64,000 bases of DNA, taken from Lama guanicoe (lineage: Eukaryota). Where the stretch lies: contig MU053166.1 in assembly GCA_013239625.1 (NCBI GenBank), positions 1 to 64,000 of the forward strand. Direction: 5' to 3'. The position numbers and the translations under genes are program-made. This document shows, piece after piece, positions 62,940 to 64,000 of the stretch. The notes below the pieces were generated by a model. The model was not told where the DNA came from. It saw only the letters and a list, made by a program, of their open reading frames with translations, and did no database searches. The number at the start of each line of letters is the position of its first letter. Within the stretch, counting starts at the first letter, position 1.

Positions 62940-64000
62940 TTCACATAAATGAACACAATAAGACCATCCATTATTTTTTTATATTTCCTTCATATTTTTT
63001 CCTTTTTCAGTTTTATTAGGTAGAATTATTACAGTTTGCACATACACATTATATTGCATATAAATCCATATATACAGTATACTGTACTTTTTAAAAGTTT
63101 ACATATATGTACTGATTATTCTTTCTAAGAACAGATTAGACTTTTAGTTTTTTAAACGTACATAGTTATCAAAGGAATAAAGCCAACTACAAAATAAGAA
63201 TCAACAGAATGCAATAATCTAATCATAAAGGACAGTCAAATATGAGCCTCAGTTATTAATATCAAGCATCAATAATTACAGACAACAAGGACATCACATC
63301 ACTCTTCTGTATCTTCCATGTTTCTCCTTTAGTCTATTAAGATCTAATTTCTATTACAGTTAATCTTGACATGACCAAAGAATTGCTCAAAGTACGTGGC
63401 TGATGGATGCTCTAGGGACACAAAACCAGTTTAACTCTCTTTCCAAACCCTCACGTGAAGAGTATTTTTCATTCCTGCCTCCATGAGTACCATGGAATAA
63501 AATAAAATGTCACCGTTAGAGGCAGGATAACGTTTAAAATATATATTAGCATGTTTATTTCAGAGGACTGTGGATTTTGTTACTGCTTAAATCTAACTTT
63601 GGTGGTTTCAACTGTTTTCTCATGGTCAAAATAAGGTGGGACTTTACTGAGAAAAAGAGGAAAACCATTATGCCAAGAGCTAACGCACGTGAGTGTGACT
63701 TTCTATGGAAGAACATCTAACTACAGACCTAACCCCTCTGTTTTTCTTCAGTCATTTCTGAGCTCTGAATATAGTAAAGTGAGTAAGAATCCATTTTGGG
63801 ATGAAAAATGGCCTTTAAAATGAGTCACCTGTTCCTACTGATGACAAATTGAAGACATTTAAGCAAGTGCTGGCATTTCTGACTTTGGTGATTTGTGAAA
63901 TGCAAGGGATTTCTGTAACTTCTGAGGAAAGGTGCCTGATATCTCAGGGCCAATTTACCTGTTATACACAGTAGACGTAGTGCCTCACACTCAAAATCAT
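62940..64000 (-). terminator. Putative poly(A) site and distal 3' UTR of an unidentified minus-strand gene
   Basis: Minus-strand AATAAA at 63012-63017, GU/U-rich downstream element ~62930-62970, several upstream UGUA motifs, repeat-free AU-rich sequence. Confidence 0.45.

Overview
Mammalian, AT-rich, repeat-dominated non-coding DNA from a gapped draft assembly (4 N-gaps). It is most likely camelid, inferred from two tRNA-derived SINEs resembling camelid vic-1. No intact protein-coding gene can be supported; the long ORFs are N-runs or repeat read-through. The window has about 17 LTRs, many with TG..CA ends and readable 4-5 bp target-site duplications (TSDs). These include four co-oriented copies of one ERV1-like family ('A'), three copies of a CCAAT/octamer-array family ('B') and a short LTR sharing only B's TATA-R-U5 half. 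There are also L1 fragments (two with twin-priming inversions), L2, MIR, MaLR, MITEs and several local duplications. The right end looks like the 3' UTR/poly(A) site of an unidentified minus-strand gene. The most striking item is at 60438-60636: a CpG-rich, ERV2-like LTR start carrying the 5' 43 nt of Y1 RNA (42/43 to human RNY1 as recalled), bracketed by a perfect 62-bp direct repeat. Repeat family names come from recalled consensus similarity, not from a database search; boundaries of old repeats are approximate.
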